A stretch of 64,000 bases of DNA from contig CAKVFO010000001.1 in the NCBI GenBank assembly GCA_934746785.1, positions 16,967-80,966 on the forward strand. Reading direction: 5' to 3'. This DNA is from an uncultured Clostridium sp. (GTDB lineage: Bacteria; Bacillota; Clostridia; Clostridiales; Clostridiaceae). This document shows positions 50,280-58,425 of this stretch, in pieces (within the stretch, counting starts at the first letter, position 1; each line of letters opens with the position of its first letter). The notes below the pieces were generated by a model. The model worked only from the letters and a program-made list of their open reading frames with translations, was not told the DNA's origin and searched no databases. The translations under genes were made by a program, and so were the position numbers.

Positions 50280-51690
50280 GTGAGTATTATTTTATCTACA
50301 CTTATTGCTGTATGTACATGTTTTAGTACAGCTGTAACACCCAAGGCTGCACAAGTACCAAGTAATGCAACTTTACTTAATACTTATGGTAAAACTTTTG
50401 GGAAGTCTGGAGTTGCAATACCAGCTTACAAGATGAGGGATAGAAATGTAATTAACTTTACAAAGAAAGAATATAATAGTGTTACGGCTGAAAATGAAAT
50501 GAAACCAGATGCTGTATTAGGAAGAAATCCAAAGACAATTTCTGTAGCACAAGCTAAGTCAATGGGATACTATATTCCAGCTGGATATTTAGAAAGTACA
50601 GTACCTCAACTTAACTTTTCTTCAACAGACAGTATGTTAACTGGAGCAGGTTATGTAAGCCAATCAGTTATGGATAAGAGAATGGAAATGTATATCAAGA
50701 CTGTTTTAGGACACATTTATAAATCAAAATACAAAGATGTAATTTATGCATGGGATGTTGTTAATGAATATTTACATGCTAATAAATCAGGATGGTTAAA
50801 TTCATCAATCAGGGTCAAGCTAATAAGATTTGTGCTGGTGTTGAAATTCAAATTACAGAATTAGATATTTCAGGATCTAATCAAGAATCGTATTGCTATA
50901 ATCTAATGAAATCAATTATTGATCAAAAGAATAAAGGTGCTAATATTTCTGCTATTGTTTGGTGGGGACTTTCAGATGACGTTTCATGGCGTAAAAATAA
51001 TAAGCCATTATTATTCTCTAGACTTGGTGTAAAGAAAGGTATGTATCAAAAAGTTTTACAAGCATACTATGATTCAAATATTAAGCAAACTTCCAAACCA
51101 CAACAGCCTTCAGAACCACAACAACCTTCAAAGCCGGAACAAACTCCAACTACTACAGGACAAGTTAATCCTTCAGTTGGAGAAACTGCTAAAATAGCTG
51201 ATGGATGGTATTATATTAAAAATGCAAATGCAGGTAAATACCTTCAAGTTGCTGGTAATGCGGCTAAGGCTATTACTAATGTATGTCAATGGACTTATAA
51301 AGGAAAGGCTAACCAGCAGTGGATATTTGAATCAGTTAGTTCAGAACCAAAAAATTCAGAACCAACAGAACAATAAATCCACAACCAAGTACTCCAGTTT
51401 CAGCAAATTTAAAACTTAATTATAATATAAATAATTGGGGCTCAGGATATCAAGTTAATTTCAAAGTTAGTAATGAGACATTAGCTGATGTTTCAGGATG
51501 GACATTAAAGATTAAGAAGAGTGATATTAATATTGGTTCAAGCTGGAATGTTACAGTTAACGAAGTAGGAGATTATTATGTAATTACTCCACTTAGCTAC
51601 AATTCAAATGTTGCTAAAGGTAGAAGTGTTGAATTTGGAATTCAAGGTTCAGGAAGAATAGGAAATACTATAAACTATACGTTAAGCTAA
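50280..51690 (+). pseudogene. GH10 endo-xylanase with ricin-type (CBM13-like) and CBM2-like modules, degraded by multiple lesions
   Basis: GH10 motifs TAENEMKP, WDVVNE (acid/base) and ITELDI (nucleophile) are present. The two Glu lie only ~30 codons apart instead of ~105, and they are in different frames. The signal peptide is truncated (ATG-TGA just upstream). A single QxW ricin repeat is present. There is a further frameshift at ~51376 into the C-terminal module (NNWGSGYQVNFKVSN...SSWNV), which ends at TAA 51688-51690. Confidence 0.8.
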
Positions 51691-51803
51691 TATTATAAAT
51701 AATAAAAAGCCGTATTCAGATATTAAATCTGGGTAGGGTATTTTTTACGTATATTACGTATATATTGTAACTATAATTTAAGAATTTAAATAGTATAAAT
51801 ATA

Positions 51804-51831
51804 TGGACAATTTAATTTTTTATGATAAAAT
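51804..51831 (+). promoter_or_regulatory. Candidate glmS promoter with an extended -10
   Basis: TGGACA (51804-51809), a 16-nt spacer, then TGATAAAAT (TG at 51823-51824, TAAAAT at 51826-51831). Confidence 0.45.
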
Positions 51832-51916
51832 GTCTGTAGGTATAAAATCTAACAAAGAAAGGAAGGAAGTGGCAATAACTTACGTATTTAAAAAGGTATT
51901 TAGTTAATTATAATAA

Positions 51917-52290
51917 AGCGCCAGGACTTAAGGTAAAATAGATAGTATGAGAAAATAAAAAAGGAAACTCAGCTTGAGAGCTGAGTAAGTTCGTATAACC
52001 AAATCATAGATTTGTAATGGGAAAAAGGAAACTCAGCTTGAGAGCTGAGTAAGTTCGTATAACCAAATCATAGATTTGTAATGGGAAAAAGGAAACTCAG
52101 CTTGAGAGCTGAGTAAGTTCACCTAAACCAAATCATAGATTTGGAGGTTCACTTAAGTTGACGAGGATGGGGAGTATCGAATTCTTCGGCGGGTGCCCCA
52201 CGGTATCGCACTACCGTAAATGACTGACAAAGCTATGAAGTGATTTGTAGTACAAATTCAGTCTGGTGTTAAAACCTTCATTAGGGCTTT
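51917..52290 (+). promoter_or_regulatory. glmS ribozyme (GlcN6P-dependent), with an unusually large insertion in the P1 region
   Basis: The cleavage-site strand A|GCGCCAGGACU is at 51917-51928. The core TAAGTTGACGAGGATGGGGAGTATCGAATTCTTCGGCGGGTGCCCCACGG is at ~52153-52202, followed by P3/P4-like sequence. It lies upstream of glmS. Confidence 0.85.
51958..52144 (+). repeat. 64-nt tandem repeat, 2 identical units plus a third diverged unit, inside the glmS ribozyme
   Basis: Units 51958-52021 and 52022-52085 are identical 64-mers. The third unit, from 52086, shares the first 35 nt and the CCAAATCATAGATTTG hairpin. Confidence 0.95.
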
Positions 52291-52399
52291 TTGATTTTCA
52301 GGATTATTATACCTAAAAGATTTTTGCTGAAACAAAAGTTTTAAGAAGAGTAACTTAAAATTAAATAAATTTGCATAAACAAGGAAGGAAGATTTTTAT

Positions 52400-54226
52400 A
52401 TGTGCGGAATAGTTGGATATTTAGGAAAGAGACAGGCAACATCTTTTTTAGTTGATGGATTATCAAAACTTGAATATAGAGGATATGACTCTGCAGGTGT
52501 TGCTGTTGAAGATGAAAATGGAAGTATTACTGTTGTTAAGCATAAAGGTCGTTTAACAAATCTTAGTGAAGATTTAGATAAGAATCCTGTACACGGAAGT
52601 ATTGGTATAGGACATACAAGATGGGCAACACATGGAGCTCCATCAGATGTTAATTCACATCCACATAAGAGTTCAAAAGGTAATATAACAGTTGTTCACA
52701 ACGGAATTATTGAAAATTATCTTGAACTTAGAAAGTTCTTAATAGGTGAAGGATATGAATTCAAATCACAAACTGATACAGAAGTAATACCAAACCTTGT
52801 TCACTATTACTTTGAAGGAGATCTTTTTGAAGCTGTAGTTAAAGCAACTAAGAAGTTACAAGGAAGTTATGCTATAGGAGTTATCAGTGGTGATGATCCT
52901 AATAAGTTAGTAGCAGTAAGAAAAGACAGTCCATTAATAGTTGGCCTTGGAGAAGATGAAACTTTCATAGCTTCAGATATTCCAGCTGTAATAAGCTATA
53001 CAAGAGATGTATATCTTTTAGAAGATAATGAATTTGTATTAATCACTAATGAAGGTGCAGAAGTATTTAATAGTGATAAATCTAAGATAGATAAGGAAAC
53101 TTACCATGTAACATGGAGTGCAGATGCAGCTGAAAAGGGTGGATATGATTCATTCATGATGAAGGAAATTCATGAACAGCCAAGAGCAGTAAGAGACACT
53201 TTAACTGGTAAAATAACAGATGGAAAAGTTACATTTGAAGATTTCAAATTAACTAAAGAAGAGCTTCAAGGTATAGATAGAATTTACATTGTAGCTTGTG
53301 GTACTGCATATCATGCAGGTTTAATGGGAAAAGTAGCAATCGAGAAGTTTGCTAAGATTCCAGTAGAAGTTGATATAGCATCAGAATTTAGATATAGAGA
53401 GCCATTAGTGACTGATAAGACTTTATTAATTACTGTAAGTCAATCAGGAGAAACTGCTGATACTCTTGCGGCTTTAAGAGATTGCAAGAAAGCAGGAGCT
53501 AGAACTTTAGCTATAACTAACGTTGTTGGAAGTACTATTTCAAGAGAAGCTGATCATGTAATTTACACAATGGCAGGCCCTGAAATAGCAGTTGCATCTA
53601 CTAAGGCATATACAACTCAAGTTGTTGTTATGAACTTAATAGGTATGTACTTTGGACAATTAATGGGAACAATAACTGCTGAAGAAGAAAAAGCTTTAGA
53701 AGAAGGATTACAATTAATTCCTGAAAAGATAGAAGAAGTTCTAAGTGAAGAAAGAAAGATAGAAGAAATAGCTAAGGTTTTAGCTGATGAACAAGATCTT
53801 TTCTATTTAGGTAGAGGAGCAGATTTTGCTCTAGCTCTTGAAGGATCATTAAAGCTTAAGGAAATAACTTATATTCACTCAGAAGCTTATGCAGGTGGAG
53901 AACTTAAGCATGGACCAATCGCTTTAATTGAGGATGGAACTAAGGTTATAGCTCTATTAACTCAAGAAAGATTAAGAGAAAAGATGGTAAGTAATATAGT
54001 AGAAGTTAAAGCAAGAGGAGCACATGTTATAGGTGTAGCTTACGAAGGTGATGAATTAGATGAAACTGTATTTGATGAAGTTATTAGAATACCAAGAATA
54101 TTAAATATGGTTGCACCAGTAGTTGCTGCTGTATCTTTACAATTATTATCTTACTTCACAGCTAAGGAAAAAGGATTCGATATAGATAAGCCAAGAAACT
54201 TAGCTAAGTCAGTTACAGTTGAATAG
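52400..54226 (+). CDS. glmS: Glutamine--fructose-6-phosphate aminotransferase
   Basis: The N-terminal nucleophile MCGIVGY is present, with two SIS domains and the C-terminus PRNLAKSVTVE. Confidence 0.97.
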   Translation: MCGIVGYLGKRQATSFLVDGLSKLEYRGYDSAGVAVEDENGSITVVKHKGRLTNLSEDLDKNPVHGSIGIGHTRWATHGAPSDVNSHPHKSSKGNITVVHNGIIENYLELRKFLIGEGYEFKSQTDTEVIPNLVHYYFEGDLFEAVVKATKKLQGSYAIGVISGDDPNKLVAVRKDSPLIVGLGEDETFIASDIPAVISYTRDVYLLEDNEFVLITNEGAEVFNSDKSKIDKETYHVTWSADAAEKGGYDSFMMKEIHEQPRAVRDTLTGKITDGKVTFEDFKLTKEELQGIDRIYIVACGTAYHAGLMGKVAIEKFAKIPVEVDIASEFRYREPLVTDKTLLITVSQSGETADTLAALRDCKKAGARTLAITNVVGSTISREADHVIYTMAGPEIAVASTKAYTTQVVVMNLIGMYFGQLMGTITAEEEKALEEGLQLIPEKIEEVLSEERKIEEIAKVLADEQDLFYLGRGADFALALEGSLKLKEITYIHSEAYAGGELKHGPIALIEDGTKVIALLTQERLREKMVSNIVEVKARGAHVIGVAYEGDELDETVFDEVIRIPRILNMVAPVVAAVSLQLLSYFTAKEKGFDIDKPRNLAKSVTVE

Positions 54227-54281
54227 AAAATGATATATATTTAATATTAATTGTAAGAGTTTAAAAAAGTCGGTAAGAAAA

Positions 54282-54322
54282 AATAAGATGAAAGAAATTA
54301 TTTCTTTCATCTTATTTTTTTT
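54282..54322. terminator. Strong bidirectional terminator downstream of glmS
   Basis: A perfect 16-bp stem, AATAAGATGAAAGAAA (54282-54297) with TTTCTTTCATCTTATT (54301-54316). An A-run precedes it and T-run follows to 54322. Confidence 0.85.
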
Positions 54323-54376
54323 CTAAAACTACAAATACTAGATTATAATTGTAAAATTATGATTTGAGGTGATTAT

Positions 54377-55044
54377 ATGATAACAATTTTTCCTAAAGTG
54401 TACAAAGATGAATTGTTATATAGTTGGATGGCTAGATATACTTTTATTAATGGTAATGTTAAAGCTTCTTATGATAAAGAAGACTTATTTGGAAATCCTA
54501 AGTGGGTATTTGATTTGTTTAGACAAAACAATTTGGAGTATTTTGTTAATTGTTTTCCTGAACAATTAGGTTATACAGCAGAAGATATTATTTATAGAAA
54601 TACTATTTTCCCAGTATTCTTTAAGTTTATGGATAATGAAAGAAAAAATAATATTACAAAAAAGATATGCTCTTCAAATTTTTCTACTTTGATAAAAGAA
54701 ATAGGAATTAATATTAGAAATAGTACAGAAGTAAGAAATCACATAAATATATGTCCTTTGTGTTATGAAGAAGACAAAGAGACTTATAATGATGCATACA
54801 TACATAGAAATTATCAAGTACCTGTTAGTTATATTAAGTTTAAAGACGTTATATATATATTTATAAAGAAAATTCAATCAATAGGTATATGTTAAAAAAT
54901 AGTTTATCATTTAAATCATTATCAAGTGAAGTAGGAAATATAATAAGTATATTTAATCAGTATTTTGATGAATATTCTATTAAAGATAGTAAGTTCTATT
55001 TTGAAAATTGGGAAAACGTAATTAGAGAGTGTAGAGATGAATAA
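54377..55044 (+). pseudogene. TnsD/TniQ-family transposition target-selector remnant, truncated and frameshifted
   Basis: The N-terminus IFPKVYKDELLYSWMARY resembles NFPVPYSNELIYSTIARA in Tn7 TnsD. IIYRNTIFPVFFKF resembles LIYEHTLFPLYAPF. The zinc-finger start ICPLCYEE....AYIHRNYQVP is present, but the second C..H pair is lost. The ORF ends at 172 aa. A 51-aa continuation in another frame covers 54889-55044. A full TnsD is ~500 aa. Confidence 0.65.
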
Positions 55045-55516
55045 GAAAAATATTTTTATGGTTAAAATAGGTGTTTGTCTAGTTTTTTCATTATTAATAT
55101 ATTTTTTGATACTAGCAAGACCTGAGTCAATTGTATCATTTAGTGAAAGAAATAATTATATACTTTATCCAATATTATTTCAAATAATTATAATTTCTTA
55201 TACTGGAGCAATTTTTTTAGATGATATAAAGGGACGGTTATTTGAAAGTCCTAAGTTGATCTTCAACTTTATGGATATATTAGTTGTGCAATTATATATT
55301 TTTTCAGTAATTTATTTAATCAGTAATTTATCATTTATTAAGTATGTAGATTACTTGAATACTTATTTTGGAAAGTATCAAATATTATTTCAATGTGCAG
55401 CTTTATTATTTATGTTCGTTAAAGGATTCTTAAAGAATAAGTCTATTGATAAAAAAATATATTATCTATTTGAAAGGATTATTCATATAAAAAAGGATAC
55501 ATATATAATAAAATAA
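55037..55516 (+). CDS. Hypothetical small polytopic membrane protein (~4 TM)
   Basis: 159-aa hydrophobic ORF. No family recognised. Confidence 0.55.
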   Translation: MNKKNIFMVKIGVCLVFSLLIYFLILARPESIVSFSERNNYILYPILFQIIIISYTGAIFLDDIKGRLFESPKLIFNFMDILVVQLYIFSVIYLISNLSFIKYVDYLNTYFGKYQILFQCAALLFMFVKGFLKNKSIDKKIYYLFERIIHIKKDTYIIK

Positions 55517-55591
55517 GTAAAATCATTGTGATTATACTATCTTTTACTATAATATTATATATATATTGTTAAAATAGAAATTATAGATTTA

Positions 55592-55610
55592 CTATCAATA
55601 CTTTTGATAG
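55592..55610. promoter_or_regulatory. Operator-like inverted repeat upstream of the small-ORF/ABC cluster
   Basis: CTATCAA-TACTT-TTGATAG, perfect 7-bp arms. Confidence 0.3.
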
Positions 55611-55676
55611 AGATAGTAATAGGATTGTTATATTGGTGCTTGATCAAAAAAGTAAATAATTATAGGAGTGATTATA

Positions 55677-55841
55677 ATGAATGAAAACAGTAGAAAATAT
55701 TTTAGAATTATAATGGCAATCGTATGGATTGTAGCAGGTGCAGTGTTTGCTTTTACATCAAATTTTATTAATGCTATATTATTTGTTGCAGTTGGAATTA
55801 TATTTGGATTAAATGCATTTAAGTCTGGAAAGAAGGAATAA
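55677..55841 (+). CDS. Small two-TM membrane protein (54 aa), absent from the supplied ORF track
   Basis: ATG 55677 lies 8 nt after AGGAGTG and reads MNENSRKYFRIIMAIVWIVAGAVFAFTSNFINAILFVAVGIIFGLNAFKSGKKE*. The stop is 3 nt before the GTG start of the ABC ATPase. The antisense 86-aa ORF 55628..55888 is judged spurious. Confidence 0.6.
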   Translation: MNENSRKYFRIIMAIVWIVAGAVFAFTSNFINAILFVAVGIIFGLNAFKSGKKE

Positions 55842-55844
55842 CTT

Positions 55845-56543
55845 GTGTTATCAGTAAAGGATTTAGAAGCATGGTATGTAAAAGGCACTACTATTATTAA
55901 AAAAGTGTCTTTTGATTTGAAAAAAAATACTGTTATTGGTTTATTGGGATTAAATGGTGCCGGAAAAACAACATTAATAAATACTTTGTCAGGTGTACAT
56001 TCTAATTATAAGTATTCTACTTTGAAGTATGATGATAAAGATATAACATTTAAAGATGCATGTTGGAAAAGCAATAGATATACTATATTTACAGAAGAAC
56101 AAGCTTTTTCTTATTGGTCATTCAATGAATATTTACCTTTTATAGAAAAAGTGTATAAAAAAAAGTTAAATACTCAACGTATTGAAGAACTTATAAAGGG
56201 ATTTGGATTTGAAAAGTATGTTAATTATCCTATGAAGGAATTATCTACAGGAAATAAAAAGAAGGTATTTTTAATTACAGGTTTTGCTCTAGAACTTCCA
56301 TTACTAATTTTAGATGAACCTTTAGATGGATTAGATTTCTTAGCATCAGAGTTTTTATATCAAGAAATTTTGAGATATAAAAAGGTTGGTTCAGTTTTAA
56401 TGAGTTCTCATATTGCAGAAAGTATTGAAAAGACATGTGATGAAGTGATGATATTGAGAAATGGATCTTTGAAATCTTATGAGTTTGAAACTAATAGAGA
56501 TATTCGAGAGTTACTGGAAGGGTGGTTAGATGATAGCAACTAG
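55845..56543 (+). CDS. ABC transporter ATP-binding protein
   Basis: Walker A GLNGAGKTT, a degenerate signature LSTGNKKK, Walker B LLILDEPLDGLD and H-loop SSH are present. GTG start. Confidence 0.85.
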   Translation: MLSVKDLEAWYVKGTTIIKKVSFDLKKNTVIGLLGLNGAGKTTLINTLSGVHSNYKYSTLKYDDKDITFKDACWKSNRYTIFTEEQAFSYWSFNEYLPFIEKVYKKKLNTQRIEELIKGFGFEKYVNYPMKELSTGNKKKVFLITGFALELPLLILDEPLDGLDFLASEFLYQEILRYKKVGSVLMSSHIAESIEKTCDEVMILRNGSLKSYEFETNRDIRELLEGWLDDSN

Positions 56544-57687
56544 AATATTTCTTAAAGATATGATAACTAAGAAAAAAGTAAAAAATTATTTAATATTTAT
56601 ATTTATATTTTTTATTATTGCTTATGAAGCATTTGGGGAATTTATAAGACAGACATTTGGAATGAGTAATATTTCATATATAACTATGGCTGTGATGATT
56701 ACTTCTACAGCATATCTTATACATACTTATTCTTTATATGAAAAGGTTAAAAACTACATTTCTTTGCCAATTAGTAATTCAAGGCTTCTTTTAGGATTTG
56801 TTTTTAGTTTGATCTTGGTGTCTCTATTAGAACGTATTTCTTTTTTGCTTATAGTTGTATTCATAAGTAATAATAATCTATTAATAAATATTCCAGTGGT
56901 TATTATTGTGTCTATACTGTCTATTTTAATTAATGTATGGATTCTTATTCTAATTAATAAAAAGAGAAAGTTAGAATGGATATTGGTAGTAACAGTTTTG
57001 TTAAGTTATATACTTATTTCTTATTTTAATTTTTCAGTTTTTATTAATATAGCTGTAATGCTATTATGTTATATTATATCTCTAATTGGTATCTTCAAAG
57101 AAGATTCTTTGTATATAGCTATAAATAGAAATAAATCTGCATTGATTACTAGATTTAAATATGGAGGAAATTACTTCTTTAAAGTTTTAATGAATGAGAA
57201 GATTTATATTATTAATACATTAATGTTGTTAGTTTTGATTGTATTTTTATCAGCTATACAGATGGATAACTTTATTGTATCTAGTATGGTTTGGGCAATA
57301 GGTGCAGTTAATACACCAGTTCTAACAATGTTATCATCAGATCCGCATCTTAGAAGACAAGCAAAAATGCTTTCTACTAAACAGCAAGGAATATGGAGTA
57401 TGTATAAAAGGTTTATTTTTATATACTTCTTGTTAGTTAATGGATTTATATTAGCGTTAAATATATTTTTTAAGAATAATGACATAGTAATTAATATATT
57501 TATATTTGCAGTTATATCAGTTATAGAGCCTATTATTGCATTTTTCTTAGAGGATAAGTTTGTGTTAACAAACTGGCAGACTAAGCAGGAATTATGGAAA
57601 CATCCTAGAAAATATATATTACCGCTAATAGTGTTTCTAGGTATAACAATAGTATTTATACTTATTGAAACATTTAAAGTTTTATAG
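56530..57687 (+). CDS. Polytopic membrane protein, putative permease partner of the ABC ATPase (family not recognised)
   Basis: 385-aa ORF with ~10 or more hydrophobic segments. It overlaps the ATPase stop by 14 nt. Confidence 0.65.
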   Translation: MIATRIFLKDMITKKKVKNYLIFIFIFFIIAYEAFGEFIRQTFGMSNISYITMAVMITSTAYLIHTYSLYEKVKNYISLPISNSRLLLGFVFSLILVSLLERISFLLIVVFISNNNLLINIPVVIIVSILSILINVWILILINKKRKLEWILVVTVLLSYILISYFNFSVFINIAVMLLCYIISLIGIFKEDSLYIAINRNKSALITRFKYGGNYFFKVLMNEKIYIINTLMLLVLIVFLSAIQMDNFIVSSMVWAIGAVNTPVLTMLSSDPHLRRQAKMLSTKQQGIWSMYKRFIFIYFLLVNGFILALNIFFKNNDIVINIFIFAVISVIEPIIAFFLEDKFVLTNWQTKQELWKHPRKYILPLIVFLGITIVFILIETFKVL

Positions 57688-57761
57688 GTTAGTAGTAAAA
57701 TATATTACTTTGATTTAAGGTGAAAGTATAGAAAAAAATTCATAAAGGTGTGAGAATTTAT

Positions 57762-58301
57762 ATGAAAAGATATATAGCCTTATTAAGAGACATTAACATA
57801 AGCGGGAAAAATAAAATATCTATGACAGAACTTAAATCAAGTTTTATTGAACTTGGTTATGAAGATGTTCGCACATATCTCAACAGTGGAAATGTTATGT
57901 TTTCCATTGATGAGAGACATGAAAATATTATTGCAGATGAAATTAAGACAATGATAAAAAAACAGTTTGATTTAGATATTCCTGTCTTTGTTATTTTACA
58001 GAAAGATTTAGTGGATTTATTAAGTAAAGCACCTGAGTGGTGGGGAACAGATGACAAAGAAATATATGACAATTTGATTTTTGTACTGCCTTCATCTACT
58101 GCTGAAGGTATAGCTGAGAAAATAGGAGAACCAACGAGGGAACTAGAAAAGATATTTATCTATAGGAATGCTATTTTCTGGTCTTTTGATAAAAAGAAAT
58201 ATGCTAAGGCAAACTGGTGGAAAAAAACAGCAAGTGTTGGTATTGGAGAAATGATTACAATTAGGACTGTTAATACTTTAAAGAAGATAGTTGAAATGTG
58301 A
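57762..58301 (+). CDS. DUF1697 domain-containing protein
   Basis: YIALLRDINISGKNKISMTELK...YLNSGNVMF is the characteristic N-terminus. ATG 57762 follows an AAAGGTG RBS. Confidence 0.8.
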   Translation: MKRYIALLRDINISGKNKISMTELKSSFIELGYEDVRTYLNSGNVMFSIDERHENIIADEIKTMIKKQFDLDIPVFVILQKDLVDLLSKAPEWWGTDDKEIYDNLIFVLPSSTAEGIAEKIGEPTRELEKIFIYRNAIFWSFDKKKYAKANWWKKTASVGIGEMITIRTVNTLKKIVEM

Positions 58302-58425
58302 CTTTTATATAAATTAAGGTTTGAAGAGATAAGTAGTTTATGACAAGTTAGATTTGTTATATATTGTATAGAAATGGGCAGAAACAAGAAAAGTAGGCTG
58401 CCCATTTATAACTAATCATATAAAT

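Noticed and set aside
54248-54354. TAATTGTAA occurs twice (54248-54256 and 54346-54354) between glmS and the TnsD remnant. These were considered as possible TnsB-binding or Tn7-end repeats.
   Set aside because: A 9-mer of A and T with one G is expected by chance here. There is no third copy and no matching inverted set that would define a left end. It is kept only as a note under the TnsD finding.
55628-55888. An 86-aa ORF on the - strand in the supplied track.
   Set aside because: The + strand carries a better candidate at 55677..55841, with an RBS, two clean TM helices and a stop 3 nt before the ABC ATPase start. The - strand ORF has no RBS, and it would read into the ATPase start.
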